Below, piece by piece: positions 60,309 through 64,000 of a stretch of DNA of 64,000 nucleotides. Location of the stretch: contig OZ245359.1 in assembly GCA_965226385.1 (NCBI GenBank), forward strand, positions 2,315,301 to 2,379,300, in the 5' to 3' direction. This DNA is from Bryobacterales bacterium. GTDB taxonomy: Bacteria > Acidobacteriota > Terriglobia > Bryobacterales > UBA6623. The stretch's first letter is position 1; each line of letters begins with the position of its first letter. The notes beneath the pieces were generated by a model. The model saw only the letters and a list, made by a program, of their open reading frames with translations. It had not been told where the DNA came from and made no database searches. The translations under genes and the position numbers were made by a program.

Positions 60309-60519
60309 AGAAAGCCTTTGAAAACTTCCAGTTACTTTAGAGGGCCCAGAAATTTGGCTGTCTAATCACAACTTCATCGCATTTTCACTGACCAACTATT
60401 GAGATATCACCAAAGTTTGTGTGTGGGACTTGAGCAAAGGCGGTGCTTTTGTTTCGATTTATCGCGGGAAAAAACAAAGAAGATGCTCCATCATGGAAAA
60501 TACTAACGCAATTGAGCAA

Positions 60520-60700
60520 AACCTGAGGTCTCTTCCAACGAGAGATGCACCTGAAGCGGACTGTGATGCGATCCGCTGCGATGTCGATGGTCGCAGTTGC
60601 CTGAAAGAACTTCCGAAACAGCGTGCACACCCTCACCGTCTCATGTCCGCCTCCGGCACGCACGCCGCGCAAGATGAGGGACGCTCTAGCCGAAGAAAGC
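60520..60700 (-). pseudogene. Transposase C-terminal scrap (family uncertain)
   Basis: GHETVRVCTLFRKFFQATATIDIAADRITVRF resembles C-terminal segments of large DDE transposases. Lies at the composition boundary. Confidence 0.45.
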
Positions 60701-60714
60701 GCCGGCGCAACAAC

Positions 60715-63021
60715 CTACTCGATGGCTGTGATCGTCCCCGCCGAAGTAACGCCGTCAACCGAATAGGTCTCTCCGGGTCCAGTTGCGATCGTTCGAACAT
60801 CATCCGCCCCCGCGATACGCACGCGGCATTCCCTGCCGAACCGCGATAGGATCGCCGCGCTCGTTAGCCTGCCGTCGGCCCACGCCATCGAGACCTCGAA
60901 CCCACCCCGAGCTTTCAGGCCTTTTACCGAGCCGCGGCTCCAAGCGGCCGGCAACGCCGGCAACAAGTGGACCTCTCCTCCGTGCGACTGCAGCAGCATT
61001 TCCGCGATGGCCGCAGTGCCACCGAAGTTGCCGTCGATCTGGAATGGCGGGTGGGTGTCGAACAAGTTGTCCAGCGTCGAGTTCGTGAGCAGCGCATTGA
61101 GGTTCTCGTAAGCCTTTTCGGCGTCCTCAAGGCGCGCCCACAGGTTGATCAGCCAAGCGCGGCTCCATCCCGTATGGCCACCGCCGTTGGCGAGGCGATA
61201 CTCGATTGATTTGCGGATTGCCGCCGAGAGTTCCGGCGTGCCCCTGATCGTGAACTGCTCACCGGGGTGGAGTCCGAAGGCGTGTGAGATGTGGCGATGA
61301 CCGCGATTCGCCTCTGCGAATTCTTCCAGCCACTCCATCAGGCGACCGTCGCTGCCGATCTGCGGACCGGCCAGCTTACCGAGCTTCTCGCGGACCTCAG
61401 CGGTGAAGCCGTCATCGATCTCGAGTTCGTCCGCTGCGCTGAGGACGTTGGTGAACAGATCCCAGATGATTTGCTGGTCCATGGCGGGACCCATCGTTAT
61501 CCTGGCCTGCTCCATGTCTTCGGTGAGAAAGGTGTTCTCCGGCGACGTCGCAGGCCCGCTGACAAGCTTTCCTGTCTGCGGGTCTTCGACAAGCCAATCG
61601 AGGAAGAACTCCGCCGCTTCCTTGAGAACCGGATAGGCCCTCTCGCGCAGGAAACTCTTGCTCTGGTTAAAAAGATAAGACTCCCAGAGATGCCGCGACG
61701 TCCAAGCCGCGCCGGTCGGCCACATACCGTATTGGGCGCGGCCGGCCGAACTGGTCCACCACCATGCATCGGTCGTGTGATGTGCGACGAAACCGCGCGC
61801 GTTGTAGTGATCGCGCGCGGTCTTGCGGCCGCGCACTCGAAGGTTATCGAGCAAATCCCACAGCGGCTCTTGCATCTCGGAGAGATTAGTCACGTCGGCC
61901 GGCCAGTAGTTCATCTGGAGATTGATGTTGAGGTGGTAGTCGGCATTCCAAGGGGGGTCGATGTGGTCACTCCAGATGCCTTGTAGATTTGCAGGCATCG
62001 AGCCCGGTCGCGACGATGCCATTAGCAGATAGCGGCCGAATTGAAAGTAGGTCGCAAGGAGATCCGGATCGCTTTCGCCCGTCCGCATCGACCGCAGACG
62101 CGCATCAACGGGATTGCGGCGCTCATCTTCCCCGCCGAGATTGAGCGAGACACGGTTGAAAATTGCGCTGTGATCGGCGACGTGTGACTCGCGAAGTTCG
62201 GCGTAACCGATGCCCGCGGCCACTGAGAGTCGCTGAGTTGTTATGTCGCTCGGCTGCTGACCGCGATAGTCAGTCGCTGCCGCGAGAATCAGTGTCACGG
62301 CATCGGCGTCACCGATTAGGAGGGAACTGCCATCGACGCGTATGGAGCCCCCTTCGGAGTATGCCTGGAGCCGCGCTTTGAAATGCACGCCGAGCTGTTT
62401 TCCAGCGTGGCTTGCGCGGCCCTTGAGTAACAGTTCGTTGCCCGTGGCTGTTGTCTCGGCGTCAGCGACGCGATCGAGGCGCACTCTCGTGGATACCGAC
62501 CCGGGATGGTCGGCCTCAATGCGAACTACCAAGACATCGTGCGGCACACTCGAAAAGACCTCGCGGCTGAACGTGACGCCTCGCTCGGTCCACTCGGTTC
62601 GCGTGACACCCGTTTCGAGGTCGAGTTCGCGCCGATAGTTGCTTGGACTTTGCAGCGGGGCTGAATCAAGCCACAGATCTCCGAGAGTCTGATATCCCTT
62701 GGGGGAGATCCGCTCGCCCATGATGGTTTCTTCGATCTTGCGCTCGGCCTCGACGTACCTACCGTCAAAAAGCATCTTGCGGATCTCGGGGAGATGCTGG
62801 AATGCTCCCTGGATGTCGCGCTCCTGCGGCGCACCCGCCCAAACGGTATCTTCGTTGAGTTGAATCTGTTCGTCTTCGATGCGGCCAAAAACCATACCGC
62901 CAAGCCGTCCGTTGCCGACGGGGAGTGCCTCGACCCACTGGCCTGCCGGGCGGTCATACCAGAGCAGGGGCTCAGAAAACAGCGGAATAACGAGGAGAAA
63001 CGCGAGCGCCAGAAGTCTCAT
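60715..63021 (-). CDS. Glycoside hydrolase family 95 (alpha-L-fucosidase-like), exported
   Basis: [53 protein letters not shown] and [11 protein letters not shown]. Confidence 0.96.
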   Translation of the reverse strand: MRLLALAFLLVIPLFSEPLLWYDRPAGQWVEALPVGNGRLGGMVFGRIEDEQIQLNEDTVWAGAPQERDIQGAFQHLPEIRKMLFDGRYVEAERKIEETIMGERISPKGYQTLGDLWLDSAPLQSPSNYRRELDLETGVTRTEWTERGVTFSREVFSSVPHDVLVVRIEADHPGSVSTRVRLDRVADAETTATGNELLLKGRASHAGKQLGVHFKARLQAYSEGGSIRVDGSSLLIGDADAVTLILAAATDYRGQQPSDITTQRLSVAAGIGYAELRESHVADHSAIFNRVSLNLGGEDERRNPVDARLRSMRTGESDPDLLATYFQFGRYLLMASSRPGSMPANLQGIWSDHIDPPWNADYHLNINLQMNYWPADVTNLSEMQEPLWDLLDNLRVRGRKTARDHYNARGFVAHHTTDAWWWTSSAGRAQYGMWPTGAAWTSRHLWESYLFNQSKSFLRERAYPVLKEAAEFFLDWLVEDPQTGKLVSGPATSPENTFLTEDMEQARITMGPAMDQQIIWDLFTNVLSAADELEIDDGFTAEVREKLGKLAGPQIGSDGRLMEWLEEFAEANRGHRHISHAFGLHPGEQFTIRGTPELSAAIRKSIEYRLANGGGHTGWSRAWLINLWARLEDAEKAYENLNALLTNSTLDNLFDTHPPFQIDGNFGGTAAIAEMLLQSHGGEVHLLPALPAAWSRGSVKGLKARGGFEVSMAWADGRLTSAAILSRFGRECRVRIAGADDVRTIATGPGETYSVDGVTSAGTITAIE

Positions 63022-63154
63022 TGGCGACTAAGAAGGATACCACGGTTGATTCTTTTTTGGTCCAGGGAGGTAGGTCCGTCTATCGACGCAATGCGACGGG
63101 ACAACTGGCTCGTCAACCATGCCAACCAAGGTAGCGTAGTAGCAGCCGGAAGTT

Positions 63155-64000
63155 CTACGGCAAAGCCGCAAATTCCTTGGTAAGGTTGTCGAAATCGGGC
63201 CCAATATCCCCACTCCGGTGAACAACCAGTCTGTATCGCAGGCGCACTTCTTCTCCCTTGGATAGAGGCATTGCTTCGGCACCAGGCCATACCGGGTTCT
63301 GCATGCTGGGCATGTCCGAGGAGCGCAGGACCCAGTTCTGTGGATATCCTGCCGAATCAGGATGTACGAGAACTGCCACCCCACTGGGTGTACCCTGCCC
63401 GCCAAAATCTGCCGAGAAATCGACCCAGTCCCCTGCTTCCATGGCCAAGCGCTGGGGCTTGAGTGTCCCGCCTGAGGAAAGAAAAGCCAAATCCTGGAGC
63501 GTCTTCACCCGTATGGAAAATCCACCATAACCCTTGTCGTCTTCCGAGCCTCCCAGTCGAAAATCATCCTGCAAGGGAATGAGTCGAATATCGAAATCAA
63601 TTTTCTGCAACTGCGCCTCAGCAGGATGGACAAGGATTTCTGCGGTTTCCTCAAGAATCGGCTTCTGGGCATTTTCATAATCCGGAGAGAGCCAATGATG
63701 TTTCGTGCGCAGCCCATTACCCGCTGGCGAGACTTCCGATTCCAGCAGTTGCCACTTGAAACGTTGGGCAAGCCAGGGATCCCCGGCACGAACATCCCCG
63801 ATACGAACCTGGTGCCAGGTCCAGTAGACGCCACGATGGTGGTGGTGGTCTTCAGGAAAATCCTCGGTCAGGATTTCACCATCCAGGCCATAGAGTGGAT
63901 GAATGTAGTTTGAGCGCTCGTAACTGCCATCCAGCGCTTTGGGTGCCAACTGATAGAAAAGTACCGGACGACCAGACTCCTGTACCAGATAGCCGTCTTC
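63155..64000 (-). CDS. PmoA-named/DUF6807 family putative carbohydrate-binding protein (5'-partial)
   Basis: RSNYIHPLYGLDGEILTEDFPEDHHHHRGVYWTW, KGYGGFSIR and LRYRLVVH. Frame is open to the window edge. Confidence 0.75.
   Translation of the reverse strand, partial: EDGYLVQESGRPVLFYQLAPKALDGSYERSNYIHPLYGLDGEILTEDFPEDHHHHRGVYWTWHQVRIGDVRAGDPWLAQRFKWQLLESEVSPAGNGLRTKHHWLSPDYENAQKPILEETAEILVHPAEAQLQKIDFDIRLIPLQDDFRLGGSEDDKGYGGFSIRVKTLQDLAFLSSGGTLKPQRLAMEAGDWVDFSADFGGQGTPSGVAVLVHPDSAGYPQNWVLRSSDMPSMQNPVWPGAEAMPLSKGEEVRLRYRLVVHRSGDIGPDFDNLTKEFAALP

Noticed and set aside
63155-63949. Particulate methane monooxygenase subunit
   Set aside because: The family name PmoA is misleading. The protein is soluble-looking, sits in a glycan context and has no pmoBC.
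1-64000. CRISPR arrays, rRNA genes, integron attC arrays, reverse transcriptases
   Set aside because: No regularly spaced repeats or diagnostic motifs were seen by eye.

Overview
Bacterial chromosomal window, most likely from an Acidobacteriota (Bryobacterales/Solibacterales-like) genome. This is inferred from the acidobacterial-type TonB-dependent receptor, the Solibacter-type C-terminal domain protein and the double-domain ThyX. It has three blocks. (1) 1496-20799 is a GC-richer, IS-riddled ~19.3-kb island bounded by tRNA-Glu(TTC) and a 15-bp copy of that tRNA's 3' end, with an intact P4-type tyrosine integrase. Its cargo is an IS-split TonB-dependent receptor, a DASS transporter, a second tRNA-Glu(CTC), truncated lptF, diaminopropionate ammonia-lyase, an SSB-like gene, an RHH/MazF toxin-antitoxin pair, and remnants of IS3, IS6, IS630 and IS4/IS50 elements. 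Two different IS4-family transposases are fused to a DUF4338 (DruA/Mom-like) domain, and one is interrupted by a hairpin-forming MITE. (2) About 20800-60310 is lower-GC housekeeping DNA: SSS symporters, ackA, E2/lipB/lpdA, argS, alr, thyX, queA, greA, purD, mnmG-rsmG-parS-parA-parB, ruvC, yebC, hemB, dacB and pyrBC. It also holds two TnpB remnants that share a 58-bp right end and a 32-bp IS1595-like end. (3) From about 60385 there is a transposase scrap, a GH95 fucosidase and a PmoA/DUF6807-type gene. No CRISPR array or rRNA was seen. All family assignments come from motif recognition by eye, not database searches.
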